The position numbers and the translations under genes are program-made. 46,473 nucleotides of DNA from Vicinamibacterales bacterium (lineage in GTDB: Bacteria > Acidobacteriota > Vicinamibacteria > Vicinamibacterales > Fen-181). A model generated the notes under the pieces. The model was not told where the DNA came from, made no database searches, and saw only the letters and a program-made list of their open reading frames with translations. This document shows, piece after piece, positions 15,826 through 25,595 of the stretch (position 1 is the first letter of the stretch; every line of letters begins with the position of its first letter). The stretch covers positions 1-46,473 of the forward strand of contig JARKSS010000099.1 of assembly GCA_029974175.1 (NCBI GenBank), read 5' to 3'.

Positions 15826-16788
15826 ATGGGTTGGATCGGCAGGACGACAGTCATCGTCGCGATCGTGGCGGCAACCGGGCTGACGGCGGGCGCGGCGGTT
15901 CAGTCCGCGACCAAGGACAAGGAGAAGGCGGCGCCGGAGAAGGACCGCAAGGTCCGGATCATCGAGCGGTTCGGCCCCGGCACGCGCGTCTTTGCCGCCA
16001 TCGGTCCCGGACCGCGGCTCGGCGTCACCCTCAAGGAGGTGACGGGCGACAAGCAGCAGGGAACGGGCGGCGCGCTCGTGAACGAGGTGGACGAGGACAG
16101 CCCGGCGGCGAAAGCCGGCCTGAAGTCGGGCGACGTAATCGTCGAGTTCGACGGCGAACGGGTGCGCGGCGTGCGCCAGCTGCAGCGCCTCGTGTCCGAG
16201 ACGCCGGTGGGGCGGCCGGCGAAGGTCGTCGTGATGCGCGACGGCAAACGGGTGGAGCTGTCGGCCACGCTCGAAGAGCGCGAGTGGCCCGACGTGATCG
16301 GGCTCGACAGCGAGAAGCTGCGGGGCGAGATCGGGCGAGGCGTTCGGGAGGGACTGCGCGGCTTGCGCGAGTTCCGCTGGGAGGTCCCCGAGTTCCGCTG
16401 GGAGACCCCGCAGCCCGGCCGGCGCTTCGACTTCCGCATTGAGCCGCGGGGGCCGATGTTCGAGTGGTCCCCGGGCGCCGGCAGGCTGGGCGTCACCGTC
16501 CAGGAGATGGGCGACCAGCTGCGCGAGCACTTCGGCGCGGAAGCGGGCGTCCTGGTGACGAGCGTCAGCCCCGACTCGGCGGCCGCGCGCGCGGGCATCA
16601 AGGCGGGCGACGTCATCACCACCGTCGCGGGCAAGAAGATCGAAACGACGGGAGACCTCGTGCGCGCCGTCCGCGCCGCCGACAATGACGCGGAGGTCGA
16701 AATCGGCATCGTCCGTGACCGGAAGGCGCAGACGCTGAAGGTCAGGCTCGAAGGGGCGAGCCGCATCCGGCACACCTGGACGGTGTAA
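15826..16788 (+). CDS. membrane-anchored protein with two PDZ domains
   Basis: N-terminal TM. 'VDEDSPAAKAGLKSGDVIVEFDGERV' and 'VSPDSAAARAGIKAGDVITTVAGKKI' are canonical PDZ cores. GGGAGG RBS. Confidence 0.8.
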   Translation: MGWIGRTTVIVAIVAATGLTAGAAVQSATKDKEKAAPEKDRKVRIIERFGPGTRVFAAIGPGPRLGVTLKEVTGDKQQGTGGALVNEVDEDSPAAKAGLKSGDVIVEFDGERVRGVRQLQRLVSETPVGRPAKVVVMRDGKRVELSATLEEREWPDVIGLDSEKLRGEIGRGVREGLRGLREFRWEVPEFRWETPQPGRRFDFRIEPRGPMFEWSPGAGRLGVTVQEMGDQLREHFGAEAGVLVTSVSPDSAAARAGIKAGDVITTVAGKKIETTGDLVRAVRAADNDAEVEIGIVRDRKAQTLKVRLEGASRIRHTWTV

Positions 16789-16884
16789 GCCCGCAACCGC
16801 GACCGGGTTTGGGTCCTGTCGGCGCCGCCGCCTCTCTGGCGTGGGGCCGGCTCGCGTGGAGGCTCAAACGTCTACGAGCAGAAG

Positions 16885-16917
16885 CGGGGCGATCGACTCA
16901 TCGTCGCCCCGTTTCTG
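16885..16917 (+). terminator. rho-independent terminator candidate after the PDZ gene
   Basis: cggggcga ... tcgccccg (8-bp GC stem, 11-nt loop) followed by tttct. Confidence 0.45.
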
Positions 16918-16966
16918 GATACTCCTGGGGGATAGTGCGGTCCCGTTCGCGCCGGCCGGAATCGGT

Positions 16967-18301
16967 CTACTGCGGCTCGGTCGGCATCAACGTGGCCAGC
17001 TGCGCCGCCACGAGCTGCGCCACGGCGCGCACGTCGGGGTCTTCCTCGGTGTCGGGCCCCACCTCCACCGCCATCGCGCCGATGCAGCCTGCCGGCGCCA
17101 TCAGCGGCGCCACCAGGGCGGCGGCGCCATGCTCCCCGGCGGCCACCGCCTGCAGACGCCCCGTCCGGTAGGCGGCGGTCACCGCGTTTTCTTCATCGGT
17201 GCCGATGGCCTGCATCCGCCCGAGCGTCTGCTGCGAGTAGCCGAGACTGAAGGCGGGCCGCAGGCTCTGCGCGTTCAGCCCTCCAAGCCAGACGACGATG
17301 CCGCGGGCGTGAAGGAGAGCGGCGGTACGGCCCAGCAGCTGCCGGAGTTGGTCGGTGTCGGCCACCTGCGCCAGGTCGGTGCACAGCCGCGCGACCTCCG
17401 TGAGCTCTGCGATCGGCTTCGTCAGGGCATCAGGGGGAACCGGATGCTGCGCATGTCCGGCCGGCGCATCCGGCGCCGTCGGTACGGCTGGAATGGCGGA
17501 AGGAAGCGTTTCCTCCGGGGCCGGGGAGCCCGGAGCATCGGGCGCGGGGCCGTCGAGGGGAGCGGCAGGGGCGGCAGGTGCGGGGGAGGCCCCATCGAGG
17601 TCGAGATCGAACCCGCTGTGCCCTAGTGAATCGAGCCCAAGCGGTCCACCGAACAGGCCCGGCTGCGCGACCGCCTCGTCGGAGGCAGGCGAGGGCACGG
17701 CGGCCCCCCGGGCGGGCAGCGGGAGCAGGAGCAGCAGCACGACGAGCGCGAGCGCCGCAGCCCCGGCCAAGGCGTAGATCTGCTGCTGCCGGGCGCGGGC
17801 CAGCGCGGCGTCGGCAGCGGTCCGCTGCAGCGTCACGGCCTGCGAGAGCGCGACCGAGGCGGCCACCACCAGCGAGCTGACGTCGGAGAAGATGAGCCGC
17901 GACGCCTCGACGCGGCGGTCCGCGCCGACGAGAGACCGAATCCGGTCGTCGTACTGCCGCAGCGTAACAGCAGCTTCCTGGGCAGTTGCGATTTCCTGTG
18001 AAGTGGCCGTGTCGGTGCCGGGACCCTCGAGCCGCTTCAGACGGGCGTCGAGATCGTCGATGAGCGTGGCCACGCGGCGGGCCCAGTAGGCGGGGTCCTG
18101 CCCCGAGGCGACATAGCCGGGCAGGGCGGCGCGCAGGTCGGCGATAACGGCCTGCAGCCGGGCGCCCTCGTCATCGAGCGTGCGCTGGGCCGCACGCGCC
18201 TCGCCGGCCTGCCCTTCGGCTTCGAAGGCGAGGTACCCCCCGGCGGCGAGCGCGAGAATGGCCAGGAGGACGGCCAGCACCCTCAGGGCCCAGCTCTTCA
18301 T
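16967..18301 (-). CDS. membrane protein: TM - periplasmic helical region - TM - Pro/Ala linker - C-terminal GAF-like domain, no recognisable output domain
   Basis: Two hydrophobic segments ('VLAVLLAILALAAGG', 'ALALVVLLLLLPL'). C-terminal 'ALLHARGIVVWLGG...GCIGAMAVEV' is GAF-like. Confidence 0.6.
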   Translation of the reverse strand: MKSWALRVLAVLLAILALAAGGYLAFEAEGQAGEARAAQRTLDDEGARLQAVIADLRAALPGYVASGQDPAYWARRVATLIDDLDARLKRLEGPGTDTATSQEIATAQEAAVTLRQYDDRIRSLVGADRRVEASRLIFSDVSSLVVAASVALSQAVTLQRTAADAALARARQQQIYALAGAAALALVVLLLLLPLPARGAAVPSPASDEAVAQPGLFGGPLGLDSLGHSGFDLDLDGASPAPAAPAAPLDGPAPDAPGSPAPEETLPSAIPAVPTAPDAPAGHAQHPVPPDALTKPIAELTEVARLCTDLAQVADTDQLRQLLGRTAALLHARGIVVWLGGLNAQSLRPAFSLGYSQQTLGRMQAIGTDEENAVTAAYRTGRLQAVAAGEHGAAALVAPLMAPAGCIGAMAVEVGPDTEEDPDVRAVAQLVAAQLATLMPTEPQ

Positions 18302-18322
18302 TGGGCAGACTGTATCAGTGCA

Positions 18323-19132
18323 TCAAAAGGTCGGCAAGTAGGGTGTCAGCGCGTTCGTGATGGCGGTCATGCGGCCGAACAGCATGAGCAGGCCGATGCC
18401 GATCAGCAGGGCACCCGAGACCATCTCGATCGCGCGGTAGTGGCGGCGGATCCGGGCGAAGGCGGCGAAGAACCGATCGATCGCGACGGCCGTCAGCAGG
18501 AACGGCACGCCGAGGCCGAGCGAGTAGGCGCCAAGCAGCAGCACTCCCTGGGCGACGCTCTCCTGGGTGCCGGCGATCGTCAGGATGCCCCCGAGGATCG
18601 GGCCGATGCAGGGCGTCCAGCCGAAGGCGAAGGCAACGCCCACCAGCCCCGCCCCCAGCAGCCCGGTTGGCCGCTTCGAAGTGCGTGCCCGCTTCTCGTA
18701 GTCGAGGAAGCCGATGCGGAAGACCCCCGCCATGTGCAGGCCGAGCACGATCAGCAGCGCGCCGGCGACGTAGGCAATCTTTCCCTTGTGGGAGCCAAGC
18801 AGCTGGCCGATGGCGCTCGCGGTGGCCCCGAAGGCCACGAAGACGAGCGAGAACCCGGCGACGAAGGCCAGCGAGGTGAACAGGATCCGCCGGCCGGTCT
18901 CCGGCACCGGCGCTGTCGTCACCGCCGCGCCGGCCTCGGCCGCAACGGTCGCCGGGCGCCCGCGCATCTGCTCGAGCGACGCGCCCGAGATGAACGAGAT
19001 GTAGCCCGGGATGAGCGGCAGCACGCACGGCGAGATGAACGACAGGACGCCGGCGGCGAACGCCACCAGCATCGAGAGCAGCGAAAGCTGCTCGAGGGAC
19101 ACCGACTGGAGGAGCGAGGTGAGAGACTCCAT
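18323..19132 (-). CDS. ccdA: cytochrome c biogenesis thiol-disulfide transporter CcdA/DsbD-family
   Basis: 'SPCVLPLIPGYISF' and second 'TPCIGPILG' motif; six predicted TM segments. Its start overlaps the nuoG-like stop (TAATG). Confidence 0.9.
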   Translation of the reverse strand: MESLTSLLQSVSLEQLSLLSMLVAFAAGVLSFISPCVLPLIPGYISFISGASLEQMRGRPATVAAEAGAAVTTAPVPETGRRILFTSLAFVAGFSLVFVAFGATASAIGQLLGSHKGKIAYVAGALLIVLGLHMAGVFRIGFLDYEKRARTSKRPTGLLGAGLVGVAFAFGWTPCIGPILGGILTIAGTQESVAQGVLLLGAYSLGLGVPFLLTAVAIDRFFAAFARIRRHYRAIEMVSGALLIGIGLLMLFGRMTAITNALTPYLPTF

Positions 19133-20925
19133 TAATCGTCCAGATCCCGCCGTGGCGAGGTCTCCGCCTTACCCTTGAACTTCACCGGCGGCAGGTCCTT
19201 GAACAGCGCGTCCCACTTCCAGCGCTCGGAAGGGTTCGACGTCTGCAGCCAGGTGCGCGCGATCGCGGGTTTCGCGAACGCCAGGCGCGGCAGGTCCGCG
19301 TACCCGGGCCGGTCGGGCATCGCGGCCGCCACATCGGCACGGATTTCCGCCGTGCTGGCCCAAGCGACGCCGGCGCCGAGCGCCGCTCCCACGTTGACCA
19401 GGATCTGCCAGTCCTCCATCGCGTCGCCGGGCGGGGCGATGGCGCGCGAGGCTGCCTGGACGATCCCCTGCTCGTTGGTGTAGCACGCGTCCTTTTCGAG
19501 GTAGGTCGCCCCGGGCAGGACAAGGTCGGCGGCGGCAGCCAGGTCGGTCATCAGGACGCCCTGCACCACCAGCAGCCTGATGCGCCCCTGCGCGCGCGCC
19601 TCGATGACCCACGACAGGTCGCCGATCGAGCCGGCGGGCCCAGGGTCGAGGACGTAGAGCACGTCCACCCGTCCCGCCTCCACCTGCGCCTTCAGGGCGG
19701 AGAGATCGGGGCCGCCGTCTTCGAGCGGCGGGGCGCCCACGCCGAGGTCGATCGCGCCGGCGACGTTCGGGGCGTCCACGCGGGGCACCTTGAACTTCGT
19801 TCCGGCTGGCTGGGGCTTCTCGCTGACGCGCCAGCTGACGCCAACCTGCCGCTCGGCGCCCTCGCCGTTGAGTGCGCGCGCGATCTGGCCGAGCACCACC
19901 AGTTCCTCGATCGAGGCATGCGCGGAGGCGAGGAAGGCGATCGTCCGCCGCTCGCCGGGGGTGTCTGCCGCCTCGAACTCCTCGCGCAGCCTCGCCAGGA
20001 CTCCCCTCCATCCCTCGGGCTGCAGCACACCGTCATCCGTTCGCCGGAGCGGCCGCCGCAGCCGCCGGTCCGACTCGGTGAAGTGGTACTCGAACCGGCC
20101 GATGTCGCACATCCAGTAGTCGTTCACCTGCGGGTTGTAGCGCGGGGTGACGCGCGCCAGGCGCGGCCCCTTGGCCCACTCCGGCTTGGCCCTCAGCCAC
20201 GCGGTGATGCTGCAGCCCTTCGCGCACAACGTGCACACGGTGTCCACGGCGATCGGGTTGTCCCAGGGGCGCGACTTGAACCGGTAGTCGCGCGCCAGCA
20301 GCGCGCCGACCGGGCAGACGTCCATCAGGTTCCCGCTGAGGATCGAGTGCACCCCCTTGTCCTGGAACGTCACGATGTGGCTGCCGTTGCCGCGGTCCTC
20401 GATGCCAATCTGCGGGTCGCCGTCGATGTCGCGCATGAACCGGACGCAGCGCGAGCAGAGGATGCAGCGGTTCCGGTTGATGAGCAGCGTGGGGCCGAAG
20501 TCCACGTCGGCCCCCGCTCCTTCGCCGTCGAAGGTGCGGCGCGGGAAGTCCATCCGGCTCGCGTCCGGCCCGAAGGTGTAGGAGTAGTCCTGGAGCGGGC
20601 ATTCGCCGCCCTTGTCGCAGACCGGGCAGTCGAGCGGGTGGTTGATCAGCAGGAACTCGAACACGCCGGCGCGAGCCTCGACCACCTCGGGCGATTGCGT
20701 GTCGACCACCATGCCGTCGGCGCAGAGCGTCGAGCACGCGGTCTGCAGCTTCGGCATCTTCTCGATCTTCACGAGGCACACGCGGCACGATCCATCGATG
20801 CCGAGGGCCGGGTGGTAGCAGTAGTAGGGAATCTGGATCCCGTGCTCGATGGCGGCCTGGAGGACAGTCGTCCCCTTCGCGACCGTGATCGAACGGCCGT
20901 CAATCGTCAGCGTGACGGTGTCCAT
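19132..20925 (-). CDS. nuoG: NuoG-like Fe-S subunit (NADH-quinone oxidoreductase chain G family), not in a nuo operon here
   Basis: 'TIDGRSITVAKGTTVLQAA', 2Fe-2S 'CYHPALGIDGSCRVCLV', 'CPVCDKGGECPLQ', 'CILCSRCVRF', 'CPVGAL'. The C-terminal half is molybdopterin-oxidoreductase-like. Confidence 0.85.
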   Translation of the reverse strand: MDTVTLTIDGRSITVAKGTTVLQAAIEHGIQIPYYCYHPALGIDGSCRVCLVKIEKMPKLQTACSTLCADGMVVDTQSPEVVEARAGVFEFLLINHPLDCPVCDKGGECPLQDYSYTFGPDASRMDFPRRTFDGEGAGADVDFGPTLLINRNRCILCSRCVRFMRDIDGDPQIGIEDRGNGSHIVTFQDKGVHSILSGNLMDVCPVGALLARDYRFKSRPWDNPIAVDTVCTLCAKGCSITAWLRAKPEWAKGPRLARVTPRYNPQVNDYWMCDIGRFEYHFTESDRRLRRPLRRTDDGVLQPEGWRGVLARLREEFEAADTPGERRTIAFLASAHASIEELVVLGQIARALNGEGAERQVGVSWRVSEKPQPAGTKFKVPRVDAPNVAGAIDLGVGAPPLEDGGPDLSALKAQVEAGRVDVLYVLDPGPAGSIGDLSWVIEARAQGRIRLLVVQGVLMTDLAAAADLVLPGATYLEKDACYTNEQGIVQAASRAIAPPGDAMEDWQILVNVGAALGAGVAWASTAEIRADVAAAMPDRPGYADLPRLAFAKPAIARTWLQTSNPSERWKWDALFKDLPPVKFKGKAETSPRRDLDD

Positions 20926-20982
20926 ATGAGGGGAATGATAACAGACAGCGGGCAGTGAACAGCCGACCGCGGACAGGGCGCC

Positions 20983-21047
20983 CGTACGGGGCGACCACCC
21001 GCCTTCGCCTCCCGAGGCTGCAGCGGGCAGGCCAGGGTCGCCCCTAC
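20983..21047. repeat. REP-like element with half-sites GGGGCGACC / GGTCGCCCC split by a 39-nt insert
   Basis: cgtacggggcgacc (20983-20996) ... ggtcgcccctac (21036-21047). The terminal CTA (21044-21046) is the TAG stop of the M1 peptidase gene. Confidence 0.6.
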
Positions 21048-23752
21048 TTGACCAGCACCAGCGCCATCCCGTCGCGGTTGGCCTCGATGGTGCGCACGGC
21101 CCCCGCCAGCGGGATGCGCGTTTCGGTCACCCGGTCGGCCACCTTCACGGTCGTGTTCGCAACCGCGCGGTCGGTGTAGACGACGCTCACCTGGAGGGGG
21201 AACTCGAACAGCTCCTCGCCGACCTGTTCCACGCGCACGACCGCCTCGGGCCTGCCGCCTGCGGCCGCCTCCTCGCGCCAGCTCACCTGCACCTGCGGCA
21301 GCGTGTCGCCGTAGATCCACCTCTCGAAGAAGCGCTCGAGCGGCCTGCCGGCCTCGGCCTCCATCGCGGCCCGGAACTCCTCGGTCCCGGCCTTCTTGTA
21401 CTTGCAGGCCTCGAAAAACCGCCGGATGCCCCGGAAGAACACCTCGTCGCCGACGATCCCGCGCAGCTGGTGCAGCACGGCCGCGCTCTTGTTGTAGACC
21501 ACCGCGCGGAACGCCCGGCTGTCGTTGCGGATGTGCCCCACGCGGTAGCCGAGCCAGATGGGCCCCGCGGCCGACTGGTCGATGCCGAAGCGAACCATCC
21601 GGCGCATCATGCTGCGGAAGACCCCGTCGCCGCGTGCCTTCCGCGCGTACAGGGCGGTGAAGTACTGCGCGAACCCCTCGCTGATCCACTGCTCGTGGTA
21701 GTTCTTCCAGCCGACCCCCTGCCCCCACCACTGGTGCGCCAGCTCGTGGGCGAGGAAGAACTCGGGGAAGTCGGAAAACGACGCCGGGTCGTCGCGGTAG
21801 ACCAGCCTGGACGAGACCGAGGGCTGCGAGAGCACCGCCAGGTAGGGCGGGCTGTGCCCCCCGGGAAGGCCGCGCTCCACCACCGCGAGCGTCAGCGCCG
21901 AATACGGCGCCTCGCCGACCAGCGACGTGTAGAACTTCAGGATGTCCTCGGTCGTCCGGGCGAGGTCGCGGCCGCGCCGCTGGAGCCGGGGCTGCGTGCG
22001 CACCGACATCAGCACCGAGTCGTAGTAGACGCCGGGGCCCCTCAGCGCCCGGAACGGTGCCACCGCCTCGCCGAGGTCGATCCGCTCGCGCTTCACCTCG
22101 CGCAGCGGCGTGATGAGGCACGAGAAATAGCGCCCGGGCTGATGCACCAGGTAGTGGAACTGGTGAGTCGCCTGCATCCCTTTTTGCGGCGGGGGCGAGA
22201 CGATGGTCACCAGTTCGCCGCTGGCCGCCACCCCGTAGGCGACCGGCGTCGTCAGCCGGAGGCGGGCCGTGGCGTAATTGGGACTCGAGGGCTGCGGGTA
22301 CCAGTAGCTGCGGTTGCTGTAGAGGAAGCTCTCCTCGGCCGGGATCCGCTCGAACTCCTCCACCTGCTGGACCGGCACGATCTGCGGATCGACTGCCAGC
22401 GCCTCGCGGTCGATCGGCTGCGGCGGCAGTGTGCCCGCGTACTCGATCGCGATCATCATCTGGTAGCCGCGCGTGATGGTGGAGGGCAGGTTGACGACGA
22501 TGCCGTCCTGGTTGCGGACGCGCAGGGCCAGCATCCGCCCGAACTCGAGCGAGGTGACCGACCGTACCTCCAGCGAATCGGCCAGCCGGAACGACAGCGA
22601 GTTCAGCGAGTCGGCCTTCACCTCGATCGAGAGCACCGTCCGTCCCTCGATCCAGTTGCGCGCCGGGTTGAAGCTGGCCTCGATGTCGTACTCGAGCACC
22701 CCGTACTCGGCGCGGTCGTCCTCGTTGTACGAACGGCCGTACCGCGCCGCGTTCCCCCTCGAGCTGTAGACCGAGATGTTGCGCCGGTTCCGCCGGTCGA
22801 ACAGCGAGACGTCCTCGACCTCGCCGGGCGAGCGGGCGTAGGTCAGCGTGTCGAAGCGGCGGGTGCGCACCTCGGCCAGCAGGTCGCCGAACCCCGGCAT
22901 CAGCGACCAGGAATCCGAGCTGAGGTCGCCGAGGTCGAGCCCGAACGAGCTGCCGATATCCTGCCGGAAGATCTCTTCGGCCCGCCTGAGCTCGCGCGGG
23001 TCCACCGGCACGGGCGTCAGCGCGTCCGGGTCGAGGAAGATTCGCAGGCTGCTCGGGTTCAGCCGGACAAATGCGGCCTCGAAGGGGGTCTGCAGGGTCT
23101 CGGCGTTCGCGAAGAGGCGCAGCTGGGCCCGCTCGGTCGGTGCCGGCGGCGCGAAGGTCATCTCGCCGCGCCCGAGCAGCACGAGGGCGGTGGCCGACCC
23201 CTCTTCCGCAACCTCGGCCACGAATGCCGTCCCTTCGGCCAGCGTCAGCCGGAGATCCTCGTCTTCGATTACGAGGTGGCGCACGGCGTACTGCCTCGCG
23301 GGGTTCAACGCGAGCCGGTAGAGCCCGTAGACCGTGGTCAGCTGCTGCTGGTTGACGATGCCCCACTCGTCGGCGTCGCCGCCCCGCCGGCGCACGTCGA
23401 GCCGCCAGGTGGACAGGCGGGCCCGGTTGCCGTTCTCCACCAGCACCTCGACGTTGAGTTGGTACCCGTCTCCCGGCAGCGTGCCGACCAGCGCCTCCCG
23501 GTCGCGCTCGCGAACGACCACCCGGGAGTTCGGGCCCGCGACGTTCCCCTCGGCGAAGAGCCGCGCCCGCTGGCGGTCGGCGGTGTTGGAGAGCAGCGAG
23601 AGGTACTGCGCGGGCTGCCCTGCCCGCAGCACTTCTTCGAGGCGCGCCAGCAGCGCTGCCACCCCGTCCCGGTCCTCGCGCGGGTGGGCGGGAAGGGACT
23701 GCCAGAGCGTCACCACGAGCGCCGCGGAGACAAGCGTGAGCTTTTTGAGCAA
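21044..23752 (-). CDS. secreted M1-family (gluzincin) aminopeptidase
   Basis: Signal peptide. 'HELAHQWWG' with Glu 18 residues later in 'WISEGFAQY' (HEXXH-X18-E). TTG start 23752. Confidence 0.9.
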   Translation of the reverse strand: MLKKLTLVSAALVVTLWQSLPAHPREDRDGVAALLARLEEVLRAGQPAQYLSLLSNTADRQRARLFAEGNVAGPNSRVVVRERDREALVGTLPGDGYQLNVEVLVENGNRARLSTWRLDVRRRGGDADEWGIVNQQQLTTVYGLYRLALNPARQYAVRHLVIEDEDLRLTLAEGTAFVAEVAEEGSATALVLLGRGEMTFAPPAPTERAQLRLFANAETLQTPFEAAFVRLNPSSLRIFLDPDALTPVPVDPRELRRAEEIFRQDIGSSFGLDLGDLSSDSWSLMPGFGDLLAEVRTRRFDTLTYARSPGEVEDVSLFDRRNRRNISVYSSRGNAARYGRSYNEDDRAEYGVLEYDIEASFNPARNWIEGRTVLSIEVKADSLNSLSFRLADSLEVRSVTSLEFGRMLALRVRNQDGIVVNLPSTITRGYQMMIAIEYAGTLPPQPIDREALAVDPQIVPVQQVEEFERIPAEESFLYSNRSYWYPQPSSPNYATARLRLTTPVAYGVAASGELVTIVSPPPQKGMQATHQFHYLVHQPGRYFSCLITPLREVKRERIDLGEAVAPFRALRGPGVYYDSVLMSVRTQPRLQRRGRDLARTTEDILKFYTSLVGEAPYSALTLAVVERGLPGGHSPPYLAVLSQPSVSSRLVYRDDPASFSDFPEFFLAHELAHQWWGQGVGWKNYHEQWISEGFAQYFTALYARKARGDGVFRSMMRRMVRFGIDQSAAGPIWLGYRVGHIRNDSRAFRAVVYNKSAAVLHQLRGIVGDEVFFRGIRRFFEACKYKKAGTEEFRAAMEAEAGRPLERFFERWIYGDTLPQVQVSWREEAAAGGRPEAVVRVEQVGEELFEFPLQVSVVYTDRAVANTTVKVADRVTETRIPLAGAVRTIEANRDGMALVLVK

Positions 23753-23753
23753 C

Positions 23754-24935
23754 TTACGCCTTTCTTCTCAGCACCAGCAGCGTCACGTCGTCGGCCAGCC
23801 AGGTTTCCTGCGCGTGCTCCTCGACCAGGCGCACCACCGCGTGCGCCAGCTCGCGAGGGCCGGCGGCGGAGTGGGCCCGGATGACCTTGATGAGTCCGCT
23901 TTCCTCGAACGGCCGGCCCTGGTGGTTCTCTGCCTCGGTGACGCCGTCACTGTATAAGACGACAGATTCGCCGGGTTGGAGCCAGGTTTCGTGCGCGGAA
24001 TACGACGAGTGCTCGAACATCCCGAGGGCGATGTCCCCCTCGGTCAGCCGCTCGACCTCGCCCGAGTTGCGGTGGACGAGGGCGGGCATGTGGCCGGCGT
24101 TGACGTAGACCAGGCGGCCGGTGCAGGGGTCGCAGGCGGCCACGAAGAGGGTGATGAACCGCGACCCGGGCGCGTGCCGGCAGACCTGCGCGTTGAGGCG
24201 TCGCACCAGGTCGGCTCCCTCGAGCCCCTCGTCGAGCAAGGTGCGGAAAATCGCGAGCAGCAGCGCCATCAGCAGGGCCGCCGGGCTGCCCTTGCCGGCC
24301 ACGTCGCCCAGGGCCACTACCAGGCGGCCGTCCGGCCGCGGCAGCACGTCGTAGAAGTCGCCGCCGACCGTGTTGGCAGGCCGCGTGAGACCGAACGCCT
24401 CGAGGCACGGATCGCTGTAGGTTGCCTGGGGCAGCATCGCCGACTGGATGCTGCGCGCCACCTCCAGGTCGTTCTTCAGCGAGAGGCGGTCGGCCACCTC
24501 GAGCAGGATGATGAGGTTGATCAGGACGAAGGCGATGAACAGGGTCAGCGCGCCGTCGGCGAAGTCGGGGGCCGGGACGACGACCCGCAGTCCGCCTCCC
24601 GGCGGGGAGGGGAAGGGGAGCGGCAGGAAGCCGATCCCCCGGAACAGCTGCAGGAAGCCGAGGAGAGCGAGCAGCAGCCCGGCGCCGTAGATGGCGCGCC
24701 GGGCCGGCGACAGGTTCAGCGTGAAGGCCTAGAAGAACAGGCGGGCGCGCAGCGCGAGCTGCTTGTGGACCGGCAGCGCGGCAACCGCCTTCTCGTCCAT
24801 CCCCCGCGAGAAGTAGCGGTAGGCCTGCGGCGCGTCCCGCGTGAAGAGACGGCGCAGTTCCTCGCCGGTCAGACCGCTGGTGTAGGTGTCGATGAAACGG
24901 CGCGCGCGTCCGGGGGGATGGTGCTTCCTGGCCAT
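23754..24935 (-). pseudogene. membrane-bound PP2C (SpoIIE-type) phosphatase; single reading frame interrupted by one in-frame TAG (24729-24731)
   Basis: Track ORFs 24729..24935 (N-terminal 68 aa) and 23754..24497 (catalytic domain: 'GGDFYDV', 'GDVAGKGSPAAL', 'YSDGVTE') share a frame. The 77 codons between them are open, encode two TM helices, and contain no ATG/GTG/TTG. Could be a real pseudogene, a base-call error or readthrough. Confidence 0.65.
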
Positions 24936-25066
24936 GCCGTTCCTGGGTCAGATCCCGAGTCTGTCACTTTCTCACATCCAACCCCAGGCGTCAGCCCGGA
25001 TGGAGGATGGACCGGGATTTGGCCCTCGTCAGTGGCAAATGATACTCCGGTGTATGCTAGACGCTC

Positions 25067-25447
25067 ATGATCGTCGGCCTGGGCACCGACCTGGTGGATG
25101 TCGGCCGGTTCCGCCGGGTCGCCGATCGCTACGGCGACCACTTCCTCGAGAGCCTGTTTTCCCCGGCCGAGATCGGATGGTGCCGACGGCGGCGGCGCCC
25201 GTGGGAGCACCTGGCGGCCTGCTTCGCCGCGCGCGAGGCGGTGCTGAAGGCCCTCGGGACCGGCCTGGTGGGCGGCATGTCGTGGAAGGACATCGAGCTG
25301 ATGCCGGGCGAGGGGCCGGGGACCTTCGGGATGGAGCTGCGCCGGCAGGTGCGCGAGGCGGCCGACCGTCTGCACGTACGCCATGTTCACGTCGCGATCA
25401 CCGTGAGGCGCGAGCTGGCCGCGGCCACGGTGGTGCTCGAACAGTAG
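25067..25447 (+). CDS. acpS: holo-[acyl-carrier-protein] synthase (4'-phosphopantetheinyl transferase)
   Basis: 'MIVGLGTDLVDVGRF', 'AAREAVLKALGTG', ~126 aa. Confidence 0.9.
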   Translation: MIVGLGTDLVDVGRFRRVADRYGDHFLESLFSPAEIGWCRRRRRPWEHLAACFAAREAVLKALGTGLVGGMSWKDIELMPGEGPGTFGMELRRQVREAADRLHVRHVHVAITVRRELAAATVVLEQ

Positions 25448-25537
25448 CGGCGGGTCGCAGCGCAGGGTCTGGGCCCTGCGGAGCGGGAGCAGGGGGCCGC
25501 GGGGTGGGCGATCCGGCAGGTTCGACACGCGTGACCC

Positions 25538-25551
25538 GGCTGCCGGCAGCC
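25538..25551. promoter_or_regulatory. perfect 14-bp palindrome GGCTGCCGGCAGCC upstream of the carrier-protein gene (possible operator)
   Basis: Read directly; 45 nt before ATG 25596. Confidence 0.25.
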
Positions 25552-25595
25552 AGCTGCCTGCCTTCTGCCGGGCACGCCAACGGGTGGGAGCCACC

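Noticed and set aside
20907-23366. 819-aa minus-strand ORF overlapping the M1 peptidase and nuoG-like start; also 21470..23884 (+, 804 aa)
   Set aside because: These are off-frame or antisense to a gene with an unambiguous HEXXH-X18-E zinc-peptidase signature. Their products are Arg/Pro/Gly-rich shadows.
24729-24731. Genome-wide reassignment of TAG (e.g. pyrrolysine or another sense meaning) as the explanation for the two in-frame ambers
   Set aside because: By my count 17 of about 42 genes in this window end at TAG at sensible positions (for example 2763, 4093, 7191, 14888, 21044, 25445, 29835, 32198, 34362, 40687), and no pyl genes are seen. Only site-specific explanations remain.
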